A stretch of DNA of 64,000 nt from an uncultured Solirubrobacteraceae bacterium (GTDB taxonomy: Bacteria; Actinomycetota; Thermoleophilia; Solirubrobacterales; Solirubrobacteraceae). Numbering within the stretch: position 1 is the first letter of the stretch; each line of letters opens with the position of its first letter. Where the stretch lies: the NCBI GenBank assembly GCA_963746795.1, contig CAVVCR010000002.1, positions 45,712 through 109,711 on the forward strand, given 5' to 3'. Position numbers and translations under genes: made by a program. The notes below the pieces were generated by a model, which was not told the DNA's origin, made no database searches, and saw only the letters and a list, made by a program, of their open reading frames with translations. Positions 18,665-26,965 of the stretch are shown piece after piece.

Positions 18665-18862
18665 TCAGGGCTTCCGTGACCCGTCGTCGTCCGCGGGCTC
18701 GCCGTTGTTCGTCGTCGCGTCGGCGAGGCGCCCGCGCAGGCGGTCGCGCAGCTCGTCCGGCTCGAGATCGCTCTCCGGCCGGCGGTTGCGCGCGACGACG
18801 GCGCCGGTGGCGGCCACGCCTGCCACGCCCGCGACGCCTATCAGCTTCCAGGGAATGCGCAT
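18665..18862 (-). CDS. small membrane-anchored acidic protein (65 aa)
   Basis: MRIPWKLIGVAGVAGVAATGAVVA is a TM segment and is followed by a D/E/R-rich tail. It lies directly upstream of the ABC operon. No family was recognised. Confidence 0.4.
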   Translation of the reverse strand: MRIPWKLIGVAGVAGVAATGAVVARNRRPESDLEPDELRDRLRGRLADATTNNGEPADDDGSRKP

Positions 18863-18865
18863 GGA

Positions 18866-19498
18866 TTGCGTAGGTTACGGCCCGTGAGCGACCCGACATC
18901 CCTTTCCCTTGCCGATGCGGTGGCCACGGCGGCGACCGGCGACGTATGGCTGTTCCGCGGCCGCTCGCTCGCCGACCGCGCGATCCAGACGGTCACGAAT
19001 AGCCCGGTCAACCACGTCGGGATGGCCGTTGCCCTCGACGACCTCCCGCCCCTGCTCTGGCACGCCGAGCTCGGCCGCTCCCTGCCCGACGTGTGGACCG
19101 GCGAGCGCCAGCGCGGCGTGCAGTTGCACGTGCTCGCCGACGCCGTGCGCACGTGGGACGAGAGGTACGGGCAGCGAGCCTTCCTGCGCCAGCTGCACGG
19201 CACGCTCGAGCGCTCGAGCGAGGACGAGCTGATGAGGGTGATCGACCGCTACGACGGCCGCCCGTTCCCCACCACGCCCGGCCTGCTGCGCTCGTGGGCA
19301 ACCGGGCGCGTTCGCCGCCGGGAGGTCTCCAAGGAGGCGGTCTACTGCGCCGAGCTGGTGGCCACGACGTATCAGGCGATGGGCCTGCTGCCGGACAAGC
19401 GCCCCGCCAGCTGGTACGACCCGGGCCGCTTCTGGAGTGGCGACCGGATCGAGCTCGTCGAGCCGTTCGAGCTCGGCGAGGAGATCGCGATCACCTAG
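18866..19498 (+). CDS. permuted papain-like (YiiX/C92, NlpC/P60-superfamily) amidase-like protein
   Basis: 210-aa ORF with a TTG start; an alternative GTG lies at 18884. The His-before-Cys order (NHVGMAV ... VYCAELV) fits the permuted papain fold. Confidence 0.5.
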   Translation: MRRLRPVSDPTSLSLADAVATAATGDVWLFRGRSLADRAIQTVTNSPVNHVGMAVALDDLPPLLWHAELGRSLPDVWTGERQRGVQLHVLADAVRTWDERYGQRAFLRQLHGTLERSSEDELMRVIDRYDGRPFPTTPGLLRSWATGRVRRREVSKEAVYCAELVATTYQAMGLLPDKRPASWYDPGRFWSGDRIELVEPFELGEEIAIT

Positions 19499-19501
19499 CG
19501 C

Positions 19502-20382
19502 CTACTTGCGGCAGGCGGAGTACGAGCGCGACGCCTTGTACGTCTTGCGGTCGGACGCCTTCACGACGACCGAGATCGTGGTCCGGCGCGTGCTGAGCTT
19601 GCGCAGGGTGATCCGCTTCAGCGCCTTGCGGCCCTTGACCTTCGTCTTGCGGTTCACGGCAACCTTCGCGGACTGCAGCCGGCCGCCGTACGGAGCGCGC
19701 AGCCGGAAGCGCATCTGGCGCGCGCGCACACACGAGCCCGCACGCGGGAGCCCGAGCCGGTCGGCGAGCGACACGGTCGGCCCGGGGCGGGCGGGAGCAC
19801 GACGGGCGGCCCCGGGGGCGCTGGCGTCGGCGTCGGCGTGGCCGGCACGGCTATCGCGGTGGCGCCCCACAGGAGCCCGAGGGTCATCGCAGAGCCCTGG
19901 AAGCGGTTGGGGTCGCCGGTCGGGAGCGCGAGCGTGGCCGCGAACTCGTATTCGCGGGCGCCGCCGCCCGCCACGGTGCCGGCGGCGAGCTCGGTGAAGC
20001 CGGCGAGCGGGCCGTCATACAGGGTCGCGGGCGCGGCCGGGGCCGTGATGTCGACCACGCGCAACAGCAGCGAGTCGGAGAGCTTGCCCCCGCCCGCCCC
20101 CGGCACGTCGACGACCGCGCCTCGGCCGAGCACGAGCCGCCCGCCCAGCACGCCCGGGTTGGCGATCCGCACCGTGCCGCTGAGCTGGTCGCCCGGCCGC
20201 ATGCCGGCCGCCCCGAGAACCGCCAGGCCCTCGCGGGAGTTGACGATCGCGATGTCGCCGGTTCCGGACATGAGGCGCATGCCCTCGGCCTCCCGGCGGT
20301 CCTGCGGGGGAGCCGCGAACGCGAGCCCGAGCGCGGACAGGGCCATGCCGAGTGCGGCGACGAGGGGGAGCAGGCCACGCAT
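19502..20382 (-). pseudogene. TasA/camelysin-like secreted protein with a Pro/Thr linker and a K/R-rich C-terminal beta-domain; interrupted by a -1 frameshift as sequenced
   Basis: It has a signal peptide (MRGLLPLVAALGMALSALGLAFA) and a TasA-like core (MRPGDQLSGTVRIANPG, FQGSAMTLGLLW). After PATPTPTPAPPGPPVVLPPAPG the open frame becomes shadow-like. The coding-looking continuation (PTVSLADRLGLPRAGSCVRARQMRFRLRAPYGG...KASRSYSACRK) lies in another frame and ends at 19502. The span of 881 nt is not a multiple of 3. Confidence 0.55.
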
Positions 20383-22451
20383 CAGAAGTCCGAGTCCGCG
20401 GTGCCGCTCTCGGTGACCGTCGTGGTCGAGCTCGCCTTGCCGCTCACGTCGAGCGCCGAGGCGGAGGGGCGCCACGAGATCGCGCCCGTCGCCGTCGAGG
20501 TTGCCAGGGAGCCGCCACCCGAGACGACGCTTCCGAGCGTGACGGTGATCGTGTTGCCGTTGCGCACCATCGTCCCGTTGAGGACCACCGCCCCGCTGAC
20601 GTAGTTGCGGGCCAGCTGGAGGTCGGTCGCCGTGCGCACGAGGTTCAGCCGTGTCGTGTTGGCGGCGTTGTAGAAGTCCATCCGGTCGTTGTTCGCACTG
20701 TTCGTGAGGCGGACCGTGATCGCCGTCGCGCTGCCGTCCCAGCCGGTGAGCACGGAGGCGGGCGCGATCGGCTCGCTCCACGTCAGCGAGATCGTGTCGC
20801 CCGCGTCAGGCCGGCCGGCGATGGCGCCGCCCGACGTCGTCTGGACGCCCACGCCGAACGGCGCGACGTTCTCGACGAACCGCGACGTCACGACAGAAGA
20901 CGCGGTCCGCGGGAAGTTGTCGGTGGCCACCGCGCGGATGTCGTAGAAGGCGTCGGCGACCGCCGTCGTGTTGAACGAGCACGTATAGGGCGCGGCGGTG
21001 TCGGCGGCGCAGATGTTCGTCCACGTCCCTGCGCCCGCCGGCGAGCGCTGGAAGGTCACGTTGGCGATGCCGCCGCCGTCGGACGCGGTGGCGTTGAGCG
21101 TCACGGTCCCGGTCAGCGGAGTGCCCGGGTCGGTGAGTGAGACCGTAGGCGCCACGTTGTCGACGCGCCGGTTCGTGATGGTGGTCGACCCGAACTGGTT
21201 GCCCGCCGCGTCGGTGGCGAGCGCGCGCAGCTCGTACATGCCGTCGGCGACGGCCGCGGTCGCCCACGCGCAGGAGTAGTTGGACGGCGCGGTCACCGTC
21301 GTGTCGGTGCACCCGTCGAGCCACGTGGTGTCGCCCACCAGGCGGTACTGCGGCTTCCACGAGGCGATGCCCGAGCCGGTGTCGGTCGCCGTGCCGCTGA
21401 GCGTGACCGAGCCCGAGAGCGGCGAGCCCGGGTTGGTGAGCGTCGAGGTGGCGGGCACCGCGTTGTCGATCCGGAACGTCGTCACGGCGCTGGTCGTGAT
21501 GAAGCCCGCGTTGTCCTCCACGATCGCCTGCAGGTCGTACACGCCGTCGGTGCGGGTCAGGGTGTCGAAGCTCGAGCACTCCCACGGCGCCGCCGTGTCG
21601 ACGGCGCACAGGTTCGCCCACGCGCCGACGCCCTGCCGGATCTGGATCGTGACCTGCTTGACGCCGGAGCCGGCGCCGTCGCCGGTCGTGACCGGGACCG
21701 CGATGGTGCCCTTCACCGGCCCGAGGGCTGGGATCGAAGCGGTCGGAGCGTTGTTGTCGACGGTCCGCGTGGAGACGGAGTCGTGCTCGTTCCCAGCCGC
21801 GTCGGTGGCGCGGGCGCGCAGCTCGTGGGCGCCGTCGGCGAGCGTCGTGCTGTCGAGCGCGCACACCTGCGGCGACGTCAGACCCGAGCACAGCGTGGTC
21901 CACGACCCGCCGGCCGGGCGATGGGCGATGCTGAGCGAGGCCAGGCCGCTGAGGACGTCGCTGCCGGTCGCGGTCAAGATCTCGGTGCCCCTGACGACGC
22001 CGGGGTCGCTCAGGCTCGCCACCGGCAGCGCGTTGTCGAACAGCCGCGCGAGCACGGTCGACGAGCGCTGGTAGCCGGCCTGGTCGACGGCCGTCGCGCG
22101 CACGTCGCGCAAGCCGCCGGCCACGCCGGCCGAGTCCCAGTCGCAGGCATAGGGTGCCGAGGTGTCCTCGCAGGCGTCGGTCCACGTCCCGGCGCCGGCC
22201 GGAGAGGTCTGGAAGCGCACGCGGTCGATGCCGCGCTCGGAGCTCGCGGTGCCGGACAGCGAGACGACCCCGCGGTGCGGGGTCCCCGGGTCGTCCATCG
22301 AGACGGCCACGGTGTTGAAGTCGGCGGCCGCCGCGAAGGCGTTGCCCGGGGAGCTCGACGCGGGCACGAAGTCGGCGCCGGAGGCGGTCATCCCGGTGGC
22401 CGCGGCGACGACGGCCGCGATCGCGAGCCAGGTGGAGACGAGGCGCTTCAC
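20382..22451 (-). CDS. secreted Ig-like-domain repeat protein with a SipW-type signal peptide
   Basis: 689 aa with a GTG start that overlaps the sipW stop (GTGA). The N-terminus is KRLVSTWLAIAAVVAAATGMTASGADFVPASSSPGNAF. Five repeats of about 95 aa each carry a Cys pair and the motif ...ADG.Y.LRA.ATDAAGN...VDN.AP. A distinct C-terminal region of about 170 aa follows. Confidence 0.8.
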   Translation of the reverse strand: MKRLVSTWLAIAAVVAAATGMTASGADFVPASSSPGNAFAAAADFNTVAVSMDDPGTPHRGVVSLSGTASSERGIDRVRFQTSPAGAGTWTDACEDTSAPYACDWDSAGVAGGLRDVRATAVDQAGYQRSSTVLARLFDNALPVASLSDPGVVRGTEILTATGSDVLSGLASLSIAHRPAGGSWTTLCSGLTSPQVCALDSTTLADGAHELRARATDAAGNEHDSVSTRTVDNNAPTASIPALGPVKGTIAVPVTTGDGAGSGVKQVTIQIRQGVGAWANLCAVDTAAPWECSSFDTLTRTDGVYDLQAIVEDNAGFITTSAVTTFRIDNAVPATSTLTNPGSPLSGSVTLSGTATDTGSGIASWKPQYRLVGDTTWLDGCTDTTVTAPSNYSCAWATAAVADGMYELRALATDAAGNQFGSTTITNRRVDNVAPTVSLTDPGTPLTGTVTLNATASDGGGIANVTFQRSPAGAGTWTNICAADTAAPYTCSFNTTAVADAFYDIRAVATDNFPRTASSVVTSRFVENVAPFGVGVQTTSGGAIAGRPDAGDTISLTWSEPIAPASVLTGWDGSATAITVRLTNSANNDRMDFYNAANTTRLNLVRTATDLQLARNYVSGAVVLNGTMVRNGNTITVTLGSVVSGGGSLATSTATGAISWRPSASALDVSGKASSTTTVTESGTADSDF

Positions 22452-23002
22452 GCCGGGGCCTCCGCGCTGCGGCGAGCGGCCTCGGCGCCGAGGCGGCGCC
22501 ACAGGCCGGCGAGGCTGAGGGCGGCGAGCAGGAGCGCGGGGAGCGTGACGACCGCGGTCCGCACGTCGCGCCGCCCGAGGGCGGCGAGCGCATGGCCGGC
22601 GTAGGGGATGCCGTAGCGGACGCGGGCCTGGGTCGGCTGGCTGAGCCGGAACGTCCACGGGTCGGCGACCGGGTTCGCGTCGCCCCGCGTCCGGAACACC
22701 CGCTGGCCGGCGTCGTCGCGGCCCATCCAGGCGATGCGGTGGGTGATCAGGTGATCGGGACCCGCTCCGGCGGGAGGCTCGTAGGTGATGACGTCGCCGA
22801 CGCGCAGCTCGGCGACGGGGACGACCTCGGCGAGCACGAGCGAGCCCTGGTCGTACGTGCCGGTCATGGAGCCGGAGACGATCGCGTAGCGCTGCCAGCC
22901 CCAGAGGGCCGGAGCCAGCGTCGCCAGCGCGGCGAGCACCGCAACGGCGAGCGCCGCGCCGAACGCAAGGCGCCCGGCGCGGCGGATCATCCCGTTCCCC
23001 AT
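22448..23002 (-). CDS. sipW: signal peptidase I, SipW/archaeal-ER type (S26B)
   Basis: 184 aa with an N-terminal TM, the SGSM nucleophile motif, ITHRI (His), RGDAN and a C-terminal TM. It is embedded between TasA-like genes. Confidence 0.85.
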   Translation of the reverse strand: MGNGMIRRAGRLAFGAALAVAVLAALATLAPALWGWQRYAIVSGSMTGTYDQGSLVLAEVVPVAELRVGDVITYEPPAGAGPDHLITHRIAWMGRDDAGQRVFRTRGDANPVADPWTFRLSQPTQARVRYGIPYAGHALAALGRRDVRTAVVTLPALLLAALSLAGLWRRLGAEAARRSAEAPA

Positions 23003-23020
23003 GAAGCTGCCTGCTGCGGT

Positions 23021-23615
23021 CTAGGAGACCGCGTTGAAGTCGAACTCGACGCTCGACGTGTCGCCCTGGTAGTTGTCGTTCGCGCTGCCGTCGAGCTGGA
23101 CCGTGAACTCGTAACGGTGCTTCTCGTTCGCGTCGTAGGTGCCAAGGGCGTCGATCTCGTGGCCGGCGGTGCCCATCTGCGCGATGGTGCCGCCGGTGAA
23201 CTTGACGACGTCGTCGCCGCCGGCGCCACAGACCGGCGGGGTGCCGCCCACGAACTCGCCGCAGTCGGTGACCGTGATGTTGAGCTTGCCCGAGAGCGGG
23301 TTGGCGCCGTCGTTGTCGACAGGCGCGGTGCGCGAAAGGGTGAACGCGCCGCTGAGGCTGCCGGTGTTCTCGATGTCGACGGTGCCGGTGGCCGACGGGA
23401 CCGCCGGGGCGCAGGTCGCTGGCCGTCAGCACCGCGACGCCGTCCTTGGAGTTGTCGATGCTCAGGGTGCCCGCGGCGAACGTGTTCGCCGGGTTGGCCG
23501 AGGCAGCCGAGAAGTTGGCGCCCGAGCCGACGACGGCGCCGGCGGCGAGCAGCAGGGTGAGAAGCGCGCCCAGAGCGAGCTTCGGCTGGCCCACGAGGAC
23601 CTGGAGACGGGACAT
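23021..23615 (-). pseudogene. TasA/camelysin-like protein with a SipW-cognate signal peptide; interrupted by a +1 frameshift as sequenced
   Basis: The frame from ATG 23615 reads MSRLQVLVGQPKLALGALLTLLLAAGAVVGSGANFSAASANPANTFAAGTLSIDNSKDGVAVLTASDLRPGG and then turns shadow-like. The continuation (PSATGTVDIENTGSLSGAFTLSR...YQGDTSSVEFDFNAVS) lies in the frame of the 76-aa track ORF. The span of 595 nt equals 3n+1. Confidence 0.6.
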
Positions 23616-23667
23616 GTCGGGATGGCTCCTTGGGGGAGGATGGTGTGCCTATTCGGGCGTCGGATCT

Positions 23668-23765
23668 CGCCCTTGCCGGCAACCGAGCCATCTCGCGTGT
23701 GGACGAGACCTCTGGCTTTGCGTCCCCGCCTCACGACGGGTTTGCCTTGGTCAGCACCCTCGGTA
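23668..23765 (-). promoter_or_regulatory. c-di-GMP-I (GEMM-I) riboswitch aptamer in the leader of the tasA-like/sipW operon
   Basis: The minus-strand RNA reads AAGGCAAACCCGUCGUGAGGCGGGGACGCAAAGCCAGAGGUCUCGUCCACACGCGAGAUGGCUCGGUUGCC. The GGCAAACC, GNRA-capped hairpin, GGGACGCAAAGCC and GGUUGCC blocks match the Vc2 aptamer as I recall it. An AAGGAG RBS and ATG 23615 follow about 50 nt downstream. The boundaries are approximate. Confidence 0.8.
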
Positions 23766-23834
23766 TCGGGTGCCCACCCCATTTCCTTTAGGGACTGGAC
23801 GAATAGACACCAGCCTCCGCCTATGCTCCACGCC

Positions 23835-24302
23835 ATGTCAGACGGCGTCGTCATGACCGAAGCGGACCGCCGGTCCCTCGAGGCCGAGTTGCACGAGCTC
23901 GAAACCGAAGGTCGCGCGGAGATCGCCGACCGGATCCGGACGGCGCGCGAGTGGGGCGACCTCAAGGAGAACGCCGAGTATCACGACGCGAAGAACTCGC
24001 AGGCGATCCTCGAGACGAAGATCCTGCGCCTGCGCGACCGGCTGCTGCGCGCCGAGGTTGTGGAGGCGCAGCCGGGCTCGGCCGTCGCGCGCTTCGGGAG
24101 CCGCGTGCGGCTCGTCGACCGGGGATCGGGACGCGAGCTCGCCTACACGCTCGTGTCGGCGGTCGACGCCGATGCCGCACAGGGCCGGCTGTCGGTCGAG
24201 TCCCCGGTCGGCCAGGCGCTGCTCGGTACCGCCGCGGGCCAGACCGTCCAGATCGCGACCCCTCGGGGAACGCGCGACCTCGAGGTCGTCGCCGTCGACT
24301 AG
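23835..24302 (+). CDS. greA: transcription elongation factor GreA
   Basis: 155 aa. The sequence MSDGVVMTEADRRSLEAELHELE...REWGDLKENAEYHDAK shows a Gre N-terminal coiled coil and a C-terminal FKBP-like domain. Confidence 0.9.
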   Translation: MSDGVVMTEADRRSLEAELHELETEGRAEIADRIRTAREWGDLKENAEYHDAKNSQAILETKILRLRDRLLRAEVVEAQPGSAVARFGSRVRLVDRGSGRELAYTLVSAVDADAAQGRLSVESPVGQALLGTAAGQTVQIATPRGTRDLEVVAVD

Positions 24303-24559
24303 CGACGGCGGCGCCGGAAGAGCTCCGTCCGCATCCGCTCCAGCGCCCTCCGGGCGAGCGCGGCGCTGTCGGGCGGCGCGCTGAAGGTGACCTCGTCCGC
24401 GCCCGTGGTTCCGCCTGGGCCGGTCTCGAGGAACGCCAGCTGCCCCAGCAGCCGCTCGCAGGCCTCGCGCTCGTCGGGATGCGTGCACTCGATCACCGCG
24501 GCGCGGTAGCGGTGAAGCTCGCTCGCACGCACGGTGAGTGGTCCGGCCCCTGCCGCCAT
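24299..24559 (-). CDS. hypothetical protein (86 aa)
   Basis: The ORF has coding-like composition. It converges on greA with a 4-nt overlap. No family was recognised. Confidence 0.35.
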   Translation of the reverse strand: MAAGAGPLTVRASELHRYRAAVIECTHPDEREACERLLGQLAFLETGPGGTTGADEVTFSAPPDSAALARRALERMRTELFRRRRR

Positions 24560-24718
24560 GGGGATGGTTGGTTACCGGCGGACCGGCGAACCAAACCATC
24601 CCCATGGAGTCATGGCGGGGGCATCAGCCCTCGAGGCCGGCCTCGTAGCCGTGCCAGTACGCCTGCTGGACCTCGGGGCCGGTGGTCCGGAAGTCCTCGG
24701 GCGCTCGCCATCGTCCCG

Positions 24719-25537
24719 TTAGAGGTTGACCCCGTACGCCTCGGTGAACGCCTCCTTGGCGTAGGCGTCGGACGCGTAGGCGAAGCCCTTGTCTCCCCAG
24801 CCGGTGCCCCAGCTGTTGCGCACGATGAACACGCCGGCGCGGTAGCCGACGATCGCCACGGCGTGCCCGCCGTCCGCGCTCTCCTCGTCGTAGACGTCGA
24901 GCTTGCCCACGGTCTTCTTCGCGTTCATCCAGTTGTCGTCGACGTTCAGTCGCGTGAGGATCGGGCCCACTTCGGCGATCCAGCGCCGCCAGGTCTTGAC
25001 GTTGTTGCCGGAGAAGCCGAGGGTCAGGTTGAAGTAGTTGCGAATCCGCAGCTCGGACGCGAGCGTGTAGAAGGCTCCGACGTCACCCGGGAACAGGCCG
25101 CCGCCCGAGAACTTGAGCACGTTCTCATGGACGGCTCCGTACTTGCGCGCGACGTCGAGCGCCGACTTGATGCTCGTCCCGGCCAGCTCCACGAACGTCG
25201 TCGGTCGCTCGATGTACGAGTCGATCTCCTTCGACGCCATCCAGGCGAAGCGGACGGACAGGCGGTCGGCCTGCTTGACGCGCCCGGCCTTCACGAAGTG
25301 CCAACGCAGCACCGAGTCGGCCGAGGCCCAGCCGACGCAGGACCCCGTCGCCCTCTGGTCCCCCACCTCCCACCACGTCTCGCGCAGGTCCTTCGCGTTC
25401 GGCACGGTCGCCGCGGCATCCAGCGTCCCCGCCTCGACGGCCGTGTCGGCCGCCCAGTCGCGCTCCCGGTTCGGCGACGGGATGACGTTCAGCACCCGCC
25501 GCCCACGCACCGTCGTCTTGAAGGGTTTTTCGCTCAC
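24719..25537 (-). CDS. C1 family (papain-like) cysteine peptidase, no signal peptide
   Basis: 272 aa. It has QRATGSCVGWA (catalytic Cys), GGHAVAIVGY (His) and RNSWGTGWGDKGF (Asn/Trp). The gene looks less GC-rich than its neighbours by eye; this was not quantified. Confidence 0.8.
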   Translation of the reverse strand: MSEKPFKTTVRGRRVLNVIPSPNRERDWAADTAVEAGTLDAAATVPNAKDLRETWWEVGDQRATGSCVGWASADSVLRWHFVKAGRVKQADRLSVRFAWMASKEIDSYIERPTTFVELAGTSIKSALDVARKYGAVHENVLKFSGGGLFPGDVGAFYTLASELRIRNYFNLTLGFSGNNVKTWRRWIAEVGPILTRLNVDDNWMNAKKTVGKLDVYDEESADGGHAVAIVGYRAGVFIVRNSWGTGWGDKGFAYASDAYAKEAFTEAYGVNL

Positions 25538-25756
25538 CGCGCGACTCTAGTCGAGTCCCGCCGCGCCGTAAACCGGGCCTATTTGCTGCGGCGTGGTGAG
25601 GATGCACGCCCTGCGACGCAGGCGTCCTGGGCCTGCACGATGCGCTGACGGAGGGCGCTGAGCCCGGCGAGCGGGGTCGCCACGATCACTCGCGGCAAGC
25701 GGACTGCGCTCGGCGTCATCTTCCACGACTCGAAGTGAGACGGGCAGAATCACCCG

Positions 25757-26962
25757 ATGGATCGTGCCGACGTGCAGGCCTGGCTCGAGCCGCGGGCCGA
25801 CGACATGGCTGCGCTGCTGGAGGAGCTGGTCGCGATCGACACCGAGAACCCGCCCGGTCGTGGGCTCGGCCGGTGCGGGCGAGTGCTGCGGGACGCGATG
25901 GAGCGGCTGGGCCTGGAGCCCGAGCTGATCGAGCTCGCGCCTCGCGGCGATCTGGAGGAGCCGTGCCTCGTGCGCGCGGGCGTCGGCGACGGCCCGGGCA
26001 CGGTCTACTTCCACGGACACTTCGACGTGGTGCCGGCGCAGGACCCGGCGCAGTTCCGCCCTGAGCGGCGTGACGGCGGGATCACGGGTCGCGGCACCGC
26101 CGACATGAAGGGCGGCCTCGTGAGCATGCTCTACGGCGCCGTCGCGGCGCGGGAGCTCGGGCTGCTCGGCGGCCGCCGGATCGTGCTGCACCTCGTCTGC
26201 GACGAGGAGACCGGGAGCGAAGCCGGTTCAGGGCATCTCCGCGACGCGGGCCTGATCGATCCGGAGGCGCTTGCGATGCTGACCGCCGAGCCGACCGGCG
26301 GCGTCGTCTGGCACGCGTCCCGCGGCGCGATCACACTGCGTGTCGGCGTGCGCGGCCGCGAGGCCCACGTCGGCCAGGCGCATCTCGGCGTCAACGCGTT
26401 CGAGCACATGATCCGGGTGGCCGAGCCGCTCGGCCCGCTCACGCGCGAGCTGCTCGCCCGGCGCACGGCGTTCCCGATGGACAGCCACGAGGCGCGCGGC
26501 TCGATGCTCGTGGTCGGCGGATCGACCGGCAGCGGCGCGAACTTCAACGCCGTGCCGGGATCGGCCTGGTTCTCGGTCGACCGCCGCTTCAACCCGGAGG
26601 AGGACCTCGAAGAGGAGCTTGCCCGCCTGACCGACACGATCGCCCGGGCCGCCGCCGACGCCGGCGCCGCCGTCGAGGTCGACGTGCTCCAGCGCGCCCC
26701 GGCGGCCGGCACCGACGAGTCGCACCCGGTGGCGGTCACGCTGGCCCGATGCATCGAGGACGTCGAGGGAGCCGCGCCCCGCTTCGAGCTCTGCCCCGGA
26801 ACGCTCGAGATCCGCTGGTACGCCCAGCTCGGGATCCCCGCCTTCGCCTACGGCCCGGGACGCCTCGACGTCTCCCACGGCCCGCACGAGTACGTCGACG
26901 AGGCCGCGATGCGCCGCTGCGCCGCCGTCTACGGGCTGTTCGCCCACCGAGCGCCGCACTGA
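25757..26962 (+). CDS. M20 family metallopeptidase (ArgE/DapE-like)
   Basis: 401 aa. It has HGHFDVVP, GRGTADMKGG, CDEETGS and a dimerisation-domain insert. Confidence 0.85.
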   Translation: MDRADVQAWLEPRADDMAALLEELVAIDTENPPGRGLGRCGRVLRDAMERLGLEPELIELAPRGDLEEPCLVRAGVGDGPGTVYFHGHFDVVPAQDPAQFRPERRDGGITGRGTADMKGGLVSMLYGAVAARELGLLGGRRIVLHLVCDEETGSEAGSGHLRDAGLIDPEALAMLTAEPTGGVVWHASRGAITLRVGVRGREAHVGQAHLGVNAFEHMIRVAEPLGPLTRELLARRTAFPMDSHEARGSMLVVGGSTGSGANFNAVPGSAWFSVDRRFNPEEDLEEELARLTDTIARAAADAGAAVEVDVLQRAPAAGTDESHPVAVTLARCIEDVEGAAPRFELCPGTLEIRWYAQLGIPAFAYGPGRLDVSHGPHEYVDEAAMRRCAAVYGLFAHRAPH

Positions 26963-26965
26963 TCC

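Noticed and set aside
24624-24712. A short minus-strand reading frame between the C1 peptidase and the 86-aa ORF (...EDFRTTGPEVQQAYWHGYEAGLEG*).
   Set aside because: There is no in-frame ATG, GTG or TTG start outside the peptidase gene, and no RBS. It is too short to evaluate.
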